From the NCBI GenBank assembly GCA_035084275.1, contig CM068743.1:91016001-91080000 (forward strand): a stretch of DNA of 64,000 bases, written 5' to 3'. The position numbers were made by a program, and so were the translations under genes. The notes under the pieces were generated by a model, which was not told the origin of the DNA, did not search any database, and worked only from the letters and a program-made list of their open reading frames with translations. This stretch comes from Hydrolagus colliei (Eukaryota). Shown here piece after piece: positions 38,690 through 53,369 of this stretch (positions are counted from its first letter, which is position 1; each line of letters opens with the position of its first letter).

Positions 38690-39460
38690 TTATTACCTGA
38701 GCCAAATATTTGCCCAAAGTTGGGGGTTGGGAGGAGAGTGAGGGGGAGCTCGATTTGCAACTTTGCGGAAAATTGCAATGGCAATTTTGACAGACTTTGC
38801 AGGAAATGGGACGGAGTTGATTGGTGCTAAAAGGGTGGCCTTTTTTTAGGGTGGACGAGTAGCAGGGGGAGGGAGGGTAGGGAGGGTCACCAGCGTGGCT
38901 ACAGGAGCTTTCAGAGCCCGGAAAATCAGACAAATCCAGAGAGAGAGACACACAGACTCACTGACACAGAAAGAGACACACGCACTCAGAGACACGGAGG
39001 GAGACATACAGACGCAGAGAGAGATGACCACACTCAGAGACACAGAGACAGACACATATACTATACTCAGAGATACAAAGAGAGACACACACACTCAAGA
39101 GACACAGAGAGAGAAAAACACTCAGAGGCAGAGAGAGAGAACCACACAGACCAAAGAGAGACACAGAGAGACAAACAGTCTCAGAGAGAGGTGCACACTC
39201 ACATAAACACTCATAAACAAATCGAAATACACACACAAGCACATCCACAAACACGCAGAGAGGAAGACACAGACACACTCACACACTCACACAGACACTC
39301 ATAAACATATACAAAGAGACATATGTACACATATACATATACACACAGATAATCATATTCGCTCGTTCATTCAAACATATCTGGAGCCACCCCTCACACA
39401 ATAGGTAAACAGCTGCGAAGCCAGAGGGTCGAAAACTACATTTATAGTGGGTTTGAGGCA
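38690..39460. repeat. Unclassified element with a long CA/GA low-complexity core (~38935-39350)
   Basis: Degenerate ACAC/AGAG units; flanking blocks shared with 3616-3945. Confidence 0.5.
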
Positions 39461-41269
39461 GAGGAGATTGAAGATTCCACAGGAAACTGTGGCTTCACTT
39501 CTCCATTTGCCCAGGTTATAACTGTATCTCCCTTTGTACAATTGTGCTGTTATACCATGTCTCTTGTTCAATCTTTGTAGATCAGGCAACGCGTGTAACT
39601 AGGTTTCATGGAACCTAAGGGGTCCAATGCACAAGCAACAACAAAAAAGCTTTACTACCATAACTAGGGAAACTATTTACGAGAAGAAATTATTTTGCCC
39701 ACAAATATACAGTCAACTCACTTTACAGTATATTCTGTGAAGCCCTTTGAGACATCTAGAAGACGTGAAAAGCGCAATATCAAATGCAAGGATTATTACA
39801 ACAACAACAACAGCTTCGATTTATATAGCGCCCTCCACGCCGACGGCGTCTCAGAGTACTTCAATATTGTTATTATGAGCACATGAAATTTACAAGTACA
39901 CAGAAATAAATTGCCCACATAGTTTGAAAAATTAAGTAAAGCTTCCTAGTTTCACAGAATACCCAAGGAATCCTAAATGCATAATATCATTTTTGGATAG
40001 TGAATTCAATAGCTGATTGTCTTACCGTTTTTTTTTAATTTTTGCAATAAAATCACTTGTCTTGATTTTTATACTATAAAGTGTAGCGACTGTATGTCTG
40101 TAGGTGAACAAGGCAGCCAATTTGTGTACAAATGACAATGGGGTGAATGATTAGTTATATTTGGGGATTGTTGGCCAGGATACTTTTTTCGAACCATGTC
40201 ATGGAATCTTTAAGTCCATCTGACCAGGCCAATGGGACCATCTGTCTCAAATGTACCATTGATTATACTCATGACAGATAGCCTATATTTTACAGAACAG
40301 ATTAATATGACAGACTAACCCGTTTGATAGGTCAGTGGATTAAATCAGTACCTGTCATATGGGAACATATATATTTTCTCCAGTTGTGCAATGGTGGGTT
40401 GAAGTCGAAGTGAAATTAAATTAAAAACATGGCATATAGCAGTGTTCGATGACTGGACGTTTTTACCATCAACACTGTTGCTAGGTAACACAGTTATTAC
40501 CAGATGCATAGATACGAAGAAACATCTGGATCAGCCACTCCTGCACAATGAAAATCTATTCATCTTCACGTGCCCTGCCAATAACACTGGGCAACATTAC
40601 CTTCATATTTAACAGAACAATTGAGTTCCATATAATGAAGTATATTCTCACAACAGAAGTACAAAATATACAGCATTTATTGATTCATTCTTCTGGCAAA
40701 TATTTGCCCGTCTTGGTTTTTTGTTATGTCTTTTGCCAAGCTACATACAGTACTATACAGTATATATGTTTGGACATATTTGCTTTGTAACTAAGCTGAA
40801 TAAATAGAATCATCCTGAAGCACTGTTACTACTTGTAACTCTAACTCTCCAGTGTTCCTGTGTGGTGTATGTGTGTGTATATTATGCAAAATTGTGTATT
40901 TTGTATTTATTATAGTGGATGACGTTTAATAATAATAATCCTTGTGTTTGATTTAGTGCAAGATCACATTTTTGAAATATCTCAAATTGAGTCCTGCAGC
41001 TCAGTGGTTAGAGCAAGTGAAAGACCTGGGTTCAATTCCCAGGTAACTGTGTATTTGGATACTAATTGGAAGGATTAGCACCGACACGGTTCTGCTATGA
41101 TCTATTTAAATGGCGGAACAGGCTCGATTGGCTGAATGTCCTACTCCTGTTTCTATGCATGTAGAAGTGAACATGCAGCAGATTTGTGCACAACATTGTA
41201 CCAAGAACAGCCATTAAGTGAATGATCACCATTTTTCTGGAGGAAAGTATCAAAACAATATCCTATCTC

Positions 41270-41830
41270 TCTGTCTCCACCCTGGACTCCAGGAACACTG
41301 ATGTCCTGACAAACTACCTGTCAGACATCAAATCCAGGATGAGAACTAACTTTCTAAGTTGAACTGAGGTTCACCTGATTGACTCGCGCCAGCACCTCCG
41401 CACCTCAGGCACTGGCAGCAAGGGCATCCAAGGATGCACATTCCATCTCACCAAGCCAGTCAGGTACCTAGACATTGTGTTCAACCCACAACTGTCCTTT
41501 CTCCCTCACATCCGTGCCATGTTATGCCTTCCCCCACCTCCATAACATTGCCCGATTCAGCCACTGCCTCACCACTCAGGCCACCGAATATCTCTTACAT
41601 GCCTTCATTACATCCAGGCTCAATTAAGCCAATGCCCTATTTGTCAACCTTCCCAACTCCTCCCTCCATAGGCCGCAGATCATCCAGAAATCTGCAGTCC
41701 ACGTCCTCTCCCGCACCATGCTCCGCGACCCCATCACCCCATTCTTGCTTGACTTCATTAGCTCCCATCATTCAGAGGATTCCACCCTCACTGATCCCAA
41801 CCCTCCCCCACTTGGGTCTTCATCCCAGAA
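41270..41830 (+). mobile_element. Decayed L2 fragment
   Basis: YLSDIKSRMRTNFL motif; downstream sequence resembles the other L2 copies. Confidence 0.7.
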
Positions 41831-42197
41831 TGTTCAGCACCTTGAGACTTCAGTTTCTATGTTCCGACTTTTGGAATTGCCCCAAAATGCCTCTCCTTTT
41901 TACCTACTTGTTGATCTTGGTTGCTCTTTGCACAGTGTTATAAGTTATTCAAACATTTGCATTAATCTGTTATTTTGGAACCATATTACTTATATTTTTT
42001 ATTCAATCAGTAATATACTTATTTCAAACATTGACATTCATATACTGGATTAACTTGTTAGGATTTATTCATCAACTTTTGACCAATTTAAAAACTGTGG
42101 TATAGGTAAGAGAAGTTGATCACACAATTCATCTCTAACAACAATCTGTTTTACATCTGGACTTATACAAAGTCTTCCTGGACAGTATTTCAATAAT

Positions 42198-42366
42198 AAA
42201 TTGGTCATTTCATCCATGACTGTTTGTGGGATACTGCTGTGCGCAATTAACTACCGTATTTCATCCACAAATATACAATCAATTAACTTTGCGGTATATT
42301 CTGTGAAGCGCTTTGAGATGTTTAAAAGATGTGAAAAGTGCTATATCAAATGCAAGGATTATTATT
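42198..42366 (+). mobile_element. tRNA-SINE 3' half
   Basis: Family body and tail. Confidence 0.85.
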
Positions 42367-42785
42367 TGTAGCAGTTATATTTCTTACTCCATTTTTTATT
42401 TCCCCTTTCTCTTTTAGTCCTTGTATCTTGCAGAGAGTTATAATTCTTCCTTCTTTGATCACTTCTGTTTATGTCCTTCTTTTGTATTACTCTGGATTTC
42501 CTTTTCAACTCTTTACAGTTCTTCACGAGTTTCGTATACACCTTATGTTCCTTCTGTAAATCCCCCCTTTTGTTATGTGTGAACTAGGTGTGTTCTGTTC
42601 TCTGATTATGGTTCCTTTTTCCATGTGTTTGTCACTACAGTATTTTGTATTCTGTCTTCCACTCTCATCTCCTACTCTCCTTCATCCTGCCCTGACCCCT
42701 CCGCCTCTGCTCTTGTCCCTACCTGACTGAACAGTGCCTTGGGACGTCCTCTCGATGTGAAAGGTGCTATATAAATGTAAGTTTT

Positions 42786-42789
<4 letters not shown>

Positions 42790-42815
<26 letters not shown>
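42790..42815. repeat. (GATT)n microsatellite at an L2 tail
   Basis: About 6 GATT units directly after GCTATATAAATGTAAGTTTTT. Confidence 0.9.
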
Positions 42816-42816
<1 letters not shown>

Positions 42817-45317
42817 CTGCTCACTTTATCCTCTCATACCTGTCATATAATTTCTCTTGATTTTCTTTCCATTCAGATGTTCAATACCATTGGCTTCAAC
42901 CAGATGTACAGAGTTACTTGTCTCCTTGAGAATCTGCGCCAGAGATTCCTTTGCTTATCGGGGTATTTATAAACTCTAGCAGGGCTATTTGGGGTTCCCC
43001 TCCATTTTCTAGATTTTGTTATCATTTTCCTAGCCGTCTGTACCGTTCTTTTGGCAAATCCATTCCCCTGTGTGTATTCATATTCATTTCTTCTGGATTT
43101 ATATTAAAGGCATTCACACACCAGTGTCATAATCAGAATAAGAATCCATAGCTTGTATTTGCTTTAAAGCTCCTCATTATAACTCCCTTTTGGATTTTAT
43201 CTCCCCTCCCCCCGACTGCAAGAAGAAATCTGGGTAACAGTGCACACTGTCAGAAACAGCCAGATAATTGGTGGCTTGTTAGAAAGGAAGACACATACAT
43301 GCACTTGATTATAAAACAATCTCCCCTGCCTGTCCCAAAGGCAACCATCTCTTACACAGCTTGGCCACAGCATTATTGTGAAAGCTGCTAAGGCCACTAT
43401 TCTGAATTCAGGTTGCAAATCTATTGAAAATCCTATTGCATCTATATTGCAAATCAACTGCCTAATAAATGCAGGAAACTTTAACCCATTAATTGTCGCA
43501 TCTCCTTTTATAAGAATGCTGTGTCTTATTTTGTTAGGTGGTTTAAATTGGTATTAGTATTTTCCTTAGACAAAAACGATAAATATATATTCTGAAATCT
43601 GTGTATGCCATACAATAATATTTACATTTATGAAGTAGCTTTCAAATGAGGAAGACATCACAAAACCCTTCACACAGATGTCTATGTGAAGCTGTCTATA
43701 CGATAGACAGAACATGTTTTGGTTTGCAGAGAACAGCAATGGTGTATATATGTGTCTGGTGAAATGTGCAAGGAAAAGATCACGCTAAAACAAAACAATT
43801 CACATCAGAGTATTGCATAACTTAAACTTGAGAAAGTATTATTTATCTAATTTTCATGAATCAAATCATCATATGTGCTACTTTAATATATATGGATTTA
43901 TGAGAAACTAGCTTTCTTTCCAATTCCAGTAATCTAATATAGCTTACTCAGGAAATTAATAATACATAAGCATCCTGCATTGACGCCACCCTCTCATCAA
44001 TTTCTCATTGCAACAGAAATAGTTTTTAGCAATGTCCTGAACATGCTTTTCCTTCTTCTATCTTTCCATTTTACCTTCACAGACAAACAAATTGATGAAG
44101 CTTGTGCCAAAGTATTCTCTGTGACCTCTGCTAATGTTATTGCATGATTATCGGACACTAGGTGATGTTGACTTGTAAGACAGTGGGTGGTATCAGTGAG
44201 ACATAGTGAGACATGATAGATTCCTGTCACTAAAGCACAGATGAATTTTCATTTTTCAACTCAGAGACCATCTGAAAATCAATAAACTGTGCTCATTGGT
44301 ACTGGTGAGATCAAATGATTGACAAACACCAGACCTGTTTTGCCTGTTTAAATTTAAGGTTGTACAGTACCTAGTTTCATTTAGGCACAGGCATCAATGA
44401 TTAATATGAGTCAATTTGTTTAAAACTTGAACTGTAGAAACCAGACTTCAAAATTAATCCTGAATTGAAGAAGTTTGAAAAATTCAGTTCAATTATAAAT
44501 TCTAAGATGAGCTAAAGCTATGACCAAATTCTGTGAAGCGCTTTGAGACGTCTAGAAGACGTGAAAAGCACTATATTAAATGCAAGGATTATGATTATTA
44601 TTATTAATTTCAGGCCTTTAGAGCAGGGGAATAATGGTGGTTCTGTGGTGATAATATCCCAGTTCAATTTCTAATACCAGCTTCATTGTCTGTGGTGGGT
44701 TTGGATGAATCCTTTCCAATATCATGAAGTCTTTTCAAAGTTGCTTGTTTACCTAACCTAGATATGGTGTGTTATCCTGTGTAAGGAGCGTTCCTCTAAG
44801 AAAAGCCCATGCCAGGGGCATTCTCTTATTCTGATTCCTTTTCACTCTGTGCCGTTACTATAGTTACTATATTGCGCATTTTTGTTCTGCCTTTCCTATT
44901 GGTTCTCGGTTGTAATTTTTCTTTATGTGGTGTGATCATTTTTTTGGAATAAATAGTTTTTAAAAACTGCATAAGTGCCAAAGCAGATACAAGTTTTGTG
45001 CTTGGAAGTGAATCAGTTTTAATGATGGTTTGCTTATAAATGCTAATTAGATCATTGCACCCCACTGTGGCTGTCTTTTCACATAAAATTACCAGAATGA
45101 GTGCATTGTCCTGGGTGAATAAAGAGCTCACTCTGATCATTGTTTTACCATATTTAAAAGTATTATTTCTCATCTCTAGTCTTTCCTGTCTAATCCTAAA
45201 CACAATCTGACTAATTCCCTACAATCCAGACTGCTGTAGTAAGCCTTTAATTGCACAAATGTGACCTGACCCAGGGGAACAATGAATGTATGCTTTACTG
45301 GTGTGTGTATACTCCAT

Positions 45318-45715
45318 ATGTCGGTCTGGCTCAGCTTATAGCACTCTCATTTTCTGAGTCAAAAGGTTGTGTTTCAAACCCTACGTTGGGACTTTACACT
45401 CAGTCTAAAGACTTGACACTACAAGGCAATGTTGTGAAAGCGCTGCACTGTTGAGGTGCCGTCTATTGGATGAGACATCAAACCTAGTTCGTGTCTGCCT
45501 GTTCAGGTGGACATTCACAATCTCATTTTACTATTTGAAAAGAAAGGAGTGTTTGCCTTGGTTCCTGATCAATAATCACCCAGATAACAGTCATTTCCAG
45601 GGGTGTACAAAACTGGCTCCCACTTTTGCCGACAAGGATCAGTGAAACATTTCAAAATATACTCTGGACTTAAAAGGCGTAATATTGGTGAAAAATGCAA
45701 GGATTATTAATATTC
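45318..45715 (+). mobile_element. DeuSINE/SacSINE-like SINE, near full length
   Basis: TGGCTCAGCTTATAGCACTCTC head, core GGTGCCGTC...GATGAGAC...GTCTGCCTGTTCAGGTGGAC, and ATGCAAGGATTATT tail. Confidence 0.8.
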
Positions 45716-46319
45716 ATATCACACCACCAGATTTTACTGAATATGGTCCCAAACCATCAGATTTACAGTATTGGAGACAATTTATAAATAGTTAAGCAAT
45801 GAAGGGCCAAACTTCCACTCGATCTAAGCCTATAGATAATGCTGTTGATAAACTTTAAGATGGCCCAGCATTGTGGAACATTCTTAAACTCAGTCTTGAT
45901 TTGGATGTTGGTTCTTTAAACAAGCTTCAAAAAACAGCCTCCAAATAAGAACTTTCCACAATCTGCACCACTTTATTTGTTAAGTTAAATATAGTATTCA
46001 AGGCCACAATTTGGTGAAATTTGGGGCCTTAAGAATACAATTATTATTAATAATAATGATAATCCTTACATTTGCTATCGTACTTTTCAATTTGGGAGAA
46101 TGTCTCAAAGCAATTCACAAGGTATAATGTAGGGTGGGGTCTGTGTATTTTTGTGGCAATTGTACTGCACTGGGGCATGCAGATATGGAAAGCTTGAATT
46201 CTAACAACATCCTAAAATTAATTGAGGTGAAATTTGTGATGTTTTGTTATGCATTTGTTTGTGATGAATATCACTGGAATGAGTTACGATACACAAACGC
46301 ATTTTTACTGTTTGAAGCT

Positions 46320-46615
46320 TAATAATAATAAATATAATCCTTGCATTTGATATGGCACTTTTTGAGATGTTTCAAAGCGCTTCACAGAATATACTCTAAA
46401 GTGAATTGACTATAACTGGAGGCGAAAAGCGGCAGCCAATTGCGCACAGTAGTGTCCCACAAACAGTTGCGGATTGAAGTGACCAAATTATTATTGCTTT
46501 CTTTTCTGGGAGAATTATTACCAGGCGTGTGGAGCAAGGAAACTTGGCCAAGGGTTCGCCCTGCCTGGAATCGAACCCAGGTCTGTCGCTTGTGAGGCAA
46601 GTGATCTAACCACTG
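46320..46615 (-). mobile_element. tRNA-derived SINE
   Basis: Reverse match to the family, tail to head. Confidence 0.9.
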
Positions 46616-47787
46616 CAAGTGTACACTCAGCTGTTAATCAACACAGCCTGTGTGGACAGATGCTATGTTGAATCAATCTGTCTGCTTCCTCTGCTCTGCA
46701 GTTTCCAGCCTGCTCCACATTCCCCATCAGTGGGGTGGGGCGGGTGGGGGAGTGGAATTTGTATTTTTTTATTGAATGTTCCTCTGCGGAGCTGCTGTCA
46801 ATCTTGGGTGCCTATGAATTGGATTCATGCTCCTAAAATGAAAGGCACTAAATAAACGTAGATTGTATTATACTGTATTGTAAAACCACAGAGAGCTGAT
46901 TCTTTCATACTCTACCATTCTGTTTTTGTAGGCAAGGTGCTACAAAAACAGATATTACACTTGATAGTTTTTACTTTTGATTAATTTCTTCCAACGACTA
47001 AGATTTCTCCAAACTCCACGCTAGATGAAGAAACTGCCAAAGTGTACTTGACACTAAGTAGACCTTCCAACTGGAGATTATGAACTGAAATGTTTCTTTG
47101 ATTTGTGGTGACTACACTTTGATGTTAACTTATTTCAGAAGATATTAAAATACAATAGTGGATTATATCTATCAAAATATCTTCCCATCCAGCCCAGTCA
47201 TGCATAAAAGGTGTAATTTTCAGGCATCTTTGATAATGAAAAAACAATAATATGACTGTCCCTTGATCTGTATCAAACAAAAAATGCCTGAATACACTTT
47301 GCTTTACTCTTGTTGGTGCCTGCATAATCCAGTCTGCATTCTTTTTTTATAAATGTGGCTTTACAGACCAGCAGAATTTCATCCTCATCCAGTGTCAATA
47401 CTTATGGGTTAGGTCCAGCACTAGTAAATATCACATAAGTTCACTTTTAGTCTATTTCAATGACTTTTATACTCACAACTGAAAAGTGTCCCAATGTACC
47501 TGTAGTATAAATGCAGCTTGTGTGAATCAAACCAAACTCACTCACCCTTTGGCCCACTGAAAGATTATGGCCTGGAAGCAGATGTTGTGACAAAAGTGGG
47601 CACTTACAACTGAGCATTTCTTAAATTATTTATTTTGCAACCGAATCTCACCCATAACTATATCATTATGGGAAGAATTGAGCTCCTGGCTACAGCTATG
47701 CTTTCAGCCCTCTGTTGGCTGGGATCGGTATTGGAGTCCTTCCGATCTGCAGAGTTTCATCTACCCTCACAAAGACAAAGAGTAATC

Positions 47788-47932
47788 AGAGAATCGTAGA
47801 ATTATACAAGACAGAAGGAGACCATTTGGCCCATCGTGTCTGTGCCGCCTCTTTGAAACGGGGTTTCTAAATCAATCCCACTGTCCTGCTCTCTCCCTAT
47901 AGCCCTGCAAACTTGTCCTCCCCAAATAATTA
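47788..47932 (-). mobile_element. CR1 3' end fragment
   Basis: AGAAGGAGACCATTTGGCCCATC...CTCTTTGAA, similar to ~31230-31350. Confidence 0.75.
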
Positions 47933-49633
47933 TCTGGAACTCTGGATACTGGAACTCAGGAACTCATTTAAGCACTTGGTCACTAGGCACAGGCCAAGCT
48001 TGTCCTGTCAGAGAGGCCAGCCCATCAACTGACTTGCTCAGGTGGTCATGAAGATGTGGTTCAGGTCCTCATGGTCCTTTGACAATTTGGAGCCTAGAAG
48101 AGTTTGAGGGCAATTGGAACTTCTCTCCAGGGACAGGCCTTGCTCCTAAAATGGAATGTTTCTGCCTAATTTGGTGAACTGGCCTAATCTCACGCATCTC
48201 CCCAAATAAAAGATTTTGCAGTCCCATTCTGAATTTATTTAATTGCAATAAATTCCCCCCAAATACAACACAGTGAGGTTGCACCAACAGCATGGACACA
48301 ATTATAAACAGGCTCCTCAACCCACCATAGGGCCAACTAGCCACTGGTCCAAAATCAATAACAACAGTGTGACCATTTTAATATGTACCTGATTGACTTT
48401 TGTAACCAAGCACTATGGAAAGTATACTTTCTCTGGTCAAAAGACCACATTATTTATGACACTGAAAAGCTGAGTTCACAGCGGTTCCTTTCTCAGCTAA
48501 AGACCTTTCTCTTCGACCGCTCCTTTGGTCACCTTTCTACCCCTGCCCCTGGCTCGGTCCCGGGATCCATTGTTGTGAAGCGCTCTGAGACACCGTCCAG
48601 CTTGAAGGGCACTATATAAATCAAAGTTGTTGTTGTTATTGTTCCTTCAATAACATTAAAATACAAAAACCCAGGTTCATATTCTCCATGTGCATAACTT
48701 CACATGGAAAACTATTAAATTAATTCCTAATTTGGATGCATTTTGTTTTGCGCTTCTTAAAAAAGTGTCCTCCTCAAATTTAAGACCCCACATAAGACTT
48801 GTCACAAATCTGCTCAATCGTAACATTTAAGGCAATATAGTTTTACAGGCAAAGACTGGGTAGAATTTCAGGCCTCTGCTGACACAGTTTAACAGTAATG
48901 TTTCTGACAAGCTTTCTCATGCTGGCATTTAGGATGCAATAGAACAACACTGCTTTCTGTAACGCACTCGGCTTCTGTTTCAGGGATGTTTGGGAAATGT
49001 TGCTCATGTTCTTACACCTCATTATTTAAACACTTTTTCTGCATTCTCATTTATTTTCATTTAAGAACCAAATCAACTTGTGAAATGTAATGATGACAGC
49101 AACACATTACTGACTTACAGTTGTAATTTGTGCAGAAAAGATTGAACCCCTGTGTATTAATTACGATAATGGCAATGTCAAATAAGCAGCAATAGCCCAT
49201 TCATTGCACACAAATTCAGGAGCAGAGTAGGATTCACCCGATTAATAATACAATGACTGGAATGTACTATTGTTATTATAATAATGGAATAAATAATAAT
49301 TCTTCTAATGCTTCAAAGCATACCAAAAACATGTTGTAATGTGATTGGCCCAATGGGATTAATTCAGTCACAGAGACTTGATGCAATTGCGGATCCCTGC
49401 TTTTATCTCTGGTGAGTGGGAAGTGATTGAGTGTTGATTTGGGAAAGAGGATTTATTGTTTATATCCTTGTTTTGTTTTAATCCTTTATTTCCCCAGTTA
49501 CTGCCCAGAAACATCCTTCAGTACAAACAGTGATTCAAGACATATAACATTGATCCTTTCTTCCTACCACAATCCAACCTTCCCCCCTACCCTCACTAGC
49601 AGCGTGTGCAGTGTGAGTACTGATCACTCCATG

Positions 49634-49804
49634 ACAGTGGTAGTTAACCTGTGGCCGATGGTGAAGAAGTAGCTCGCAGGGCAGTTAAGAAGCAGTCCCC
49701 TCAAATATTTGCACAAGTCTAGATAGATAAGTTTGTGTTCAATTGGTACTGCGTTTTTGATTTTTTTTCTTGATTGAATATTTGTTGATTTATGGCCACC
49801 ACTG
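49634..49804. mobile_element. Possible hAT-Charlie-like MITE
   Basis: Ends CAGTGGTAGTTAACC / GGCCACCACTG; no convincing 8-bp target-site duplication. Confidence 0.3.
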
Positions 49805-50964
49805 CTTAATAGGCTTTTCCTGAGTGTTGATAACACTAATATCAGTGATCAAAAAGGGAGTGGAGACAGAATGAAGATACTTTGATATGGCAAACTTCTC
49901 TGCTACCATGGTAACAGCTTGGTTGTATATTAACACTAAGTGGATATGGGCATTAAAGTGGTACAGTACAAAGCTATACAACATTTTCCACTAAAGCCTT
50001 GTAAGAGAAGTTCTAGTGTGCATAATTTATAGAGCTGGTGTATAATGGACATTAATTCTCATATGAATCTTGTTGGAGTTGATACACTATCCATAAGAGT
50101 AATAAAAATCCTTGTATTTCATACAGAATAGTGCCTTTCATAATTGGAAGACATCCCAAACATGTTGGTCAGAACCCCATGAGAAATATCCTTCTCTTTT
50201 TCTAAAAGCTGCAAATATCTAGTGCAAAACTTTAATATAAATATACAATTTAAAAGTGTCATTTGTTGGCAACAGTGATAGCACAGAGATAAATTAATTC
50301 TATTTTAGATTGGATTTGACAAGATCAAATGCCATTTAACATTAAAAATAAAGTGGAAATAAATCTCAGGCTTCACCTACCATTGCTGATAGACCAAGCG
50401 TGTGCAACATCTCAACCTTTAAATTACATTAGTGCTCTGGTCACATTGCTTTTGACTCAACCAATTTTTGACTATGTGCAAAATAGTGAAACATTTTGAA
50501 ATTCAATCTTATTTGGGAGCTAGTCTTTCAAAGAGTGACAGAAAATTGTAACCCCAAATTTGGATTTAAATACACGTACTGTATTTTATTCAATTCTGCA
50601 CAAGCTTAAATATTAAGCCCAAAAATATTTTAAGTAGATGTGACTATTGAAATTTTGGTTGCCTACAATTCTGCTTTTGCAATACATGGGAGCTGCCCAG
50701 GCTGTAAGTTGCAAACCATATCCCCTCACCCTCCTCGCTTTCCCTCCCACCCCATAGCCCCACCACCAACACGGGTGAAAACCTTAGACTGTCCAGCACA
50801 TTATCCTCATATGGAAGGTGCTATATAAATGTAAACTTGTATTGTGTATCTGTTCTGTCCATAAACATGATCCTAATCTTCCACCAATGTGTGGGCTCTA
50901 TCCTTTGTTTTTAACCAAGCCCAATACAAACAACTATAATATTTGATATTGCTGAGAAAGTTGA

Positions 50965-51298
50965 AATGGCTCAAAGTGCTTCTCAGGAAATTGTGATAAG
51001 GTAATTATAGGCAAGTGCTACAAACAGTCATCAAGTGGATGATATAGTTTCTTAAGAGGATTTTCAAACAGGTGCTGGGACAAACTCCCTAGTGTTTTTA
51101 AATTGTGTTGTGGGATTTTTAATATCCTCTAAATAGACAGATGAGACCTCAGTTTCAAGTATCACCTTTAATAAGGCAGAACTCCCCCAGTACTGCATTA
51201 GTGTGTTGCCCTAGACTGTGAACTGAAGTCCTGCTTGGACTTGAATCCACGACTTCTGCCGCAGAGACAGGAGTGCTACCAATTGAACCAGGCTGACA
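50965..51298 (-). mobile_element. DeuSINE-like SINE
   Basis: ACTCCCCCAGTACTGCATT...GAGTGCTACCAATTGAACCAGGCTGACA. Confidence 0.75.
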
Positions 51299-53369
51299 AG
51301 GTCTTAAAATGTGCTTTGGGAAGTGCTTGAGGCTTGACATATAATTTCAAGTTATACACAACAAAACATTGAATTGGGCTACCATAAATTCGCAATATGT
51401 AATTTTACTGTGGTTTTGTATATGAAATTTTGCTATGATGAATGAGTGGCAATTTAGACTAAATAATCTGATCAATCCAAATATAATTGAGCTTTCTGCC
51501 ACCTCAGTTTAGGATCTCCCTGGCTACCTCCTGTGGCCATTAGCAATAGATAGCAGAATTAAATGCTCAGATGTAATGGATAGAAATAATAGAGAAGGGA
51601 AATAGCCACAAAATCCAACAAATCTTATGATATTGCTCCTTCGAGTTCGACATAACAGTTCAATTTGAAGGCAAACCAGGGCGAGGCTGAAATAACGGAT
51701 TGAGTTTGGGGAACTGAAAGCTATTTTTCTCTTTAAATGAATAATTCAAAAGGTTTTGGAGGGTGAATACGGAATGAGATGAAAATAATCACCTAAAATT
51801 TCCAAAGAAAGTCCTGAATCAGTCGAAAAGGCAGCTCCATTACCTTGTTATCCATGTCACCATTTTTTGTTCTTTTCAGTTTCTATAACTCCTGTTCTTT
51901 CCAACGTGTCCTATGTGTGTGTTAATGGAAACAAAAATGTAATTAAATTTTATCTAACTTTCTAACCTTCTGAGAGAACATGCTGTGAAAAGAACAAGAA
52001 GCTACAAAAAAGCCTATCATTTTTGGCTGTTGAGCATGTTGACGAGAGTACTTTTAAAGAGTGCTCCTGTTCTCAGGCTCTTTTGAGAGCCTCATACAAC
52101 AAAGAGCCCGAAGAATAGAAGTGCTTGTTGAGAACCTGCCTATTTTACACCCTTAATAAGTATAATTCTCAAAGTCATTCATGGACTGAATAGCCCCAGA
52201 AACAGTGGACTAACTTCTGAAAGTGAACTATAGGCCATCATTATTTATTGGTAAATTGGGGTGAAATTCATTCCTGACTTTTGTTAGATTGTCACAGCCA
52301 GATAAATCATTTAGGAGTTTATTACATAATCAAGATGACTCAAATGCATGGGATATACTGTAAAATGATTGACTGTACTTTGTGAGTGAAATGCAGAAGT
52401 GAGTGGTACCAACTGAGCCAGGATGACACCTAGAAGTCCTGAGCTGGGCTTGAACCCACAACCTTCTGGAAGTAATAGTACCACCAATTAAATTATGTGC
52501 ATACTTTTTGGACATGGGTTAAGACTGTATCATTTGTCATGTGCCATTTTTGTTGTTCAATAGCAATTTAAGCAAAACAAGCTAGCAAAGAGAGAAAAGC
52601 AGAAAATGTGGAATGAAAGAAAAGGAAAATAATTTGAAAAAATGTTTCCGTCTAATGAAATGGCCAAAAACCATCCTAATCAGTTGATTATTCTACTTAC
52701 ATTATCTTATTTTCCTAACTGGTAATAAAACCATGAACAATCATTATTGTTCCTCTCATTACAATAATGAAACATGCTCTTATATAACGACTTAATAAAA
52801 GTTTTTCAATTACTTCACCATATATCAGAAACCCCTGGAAACAGGTATTTGAAACAAAATGTAAGGTCAATTAATAAACCAAAATGGTTCCCCCAAGATA
52901 TGAAACATTTAGCAGACATTTGTACTGTGTCAGTAAATTTAATATTGGTTGTTTAAAATATTAATTTTAACAATTATGTTTCCAAACAGTTTAGGAAACT
53001 AGCGTGAATTTATAACAATAAAACACAATTTTAATCGCCTAAAATATCAATGCTCATTTAGCTCCCTAGCATTCTATGAGGTGCTGAAAATGTCTGGGAT
53101 TTAAATTATAATAAAAATAATAATCCCTACATTTAATATAGTGCATTTCACATCGGGAGGACATCTCAAATCAATTTATTTAAAGTGTTATTACTGTGTA
53201 TTTTTGTTAGAGAATGCAGTAGCATGAATCAGTGGTAGCTAGCGCCCACCCCCCACCAATTAAAATGTTGATGGCAAAAGTATCTTTGATTGCCTAGCAC
53301 AGAGAATCGCTGAAGTAAGGTTTGAGCAAAACTTTGGTAACCCCCCCCCCACCCCGTACTCAAGCTTCA

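Noticed and set aside
38846-39278. ORFs rich in C/V/S/L or T/H/R/E
   Set aside because: Translations of CA/GA low-complexity sequence
47935-48400. GC-richer unique stretch with a 91-aa ORF
   Set aside because: No motif, terminus or second copy that I could support
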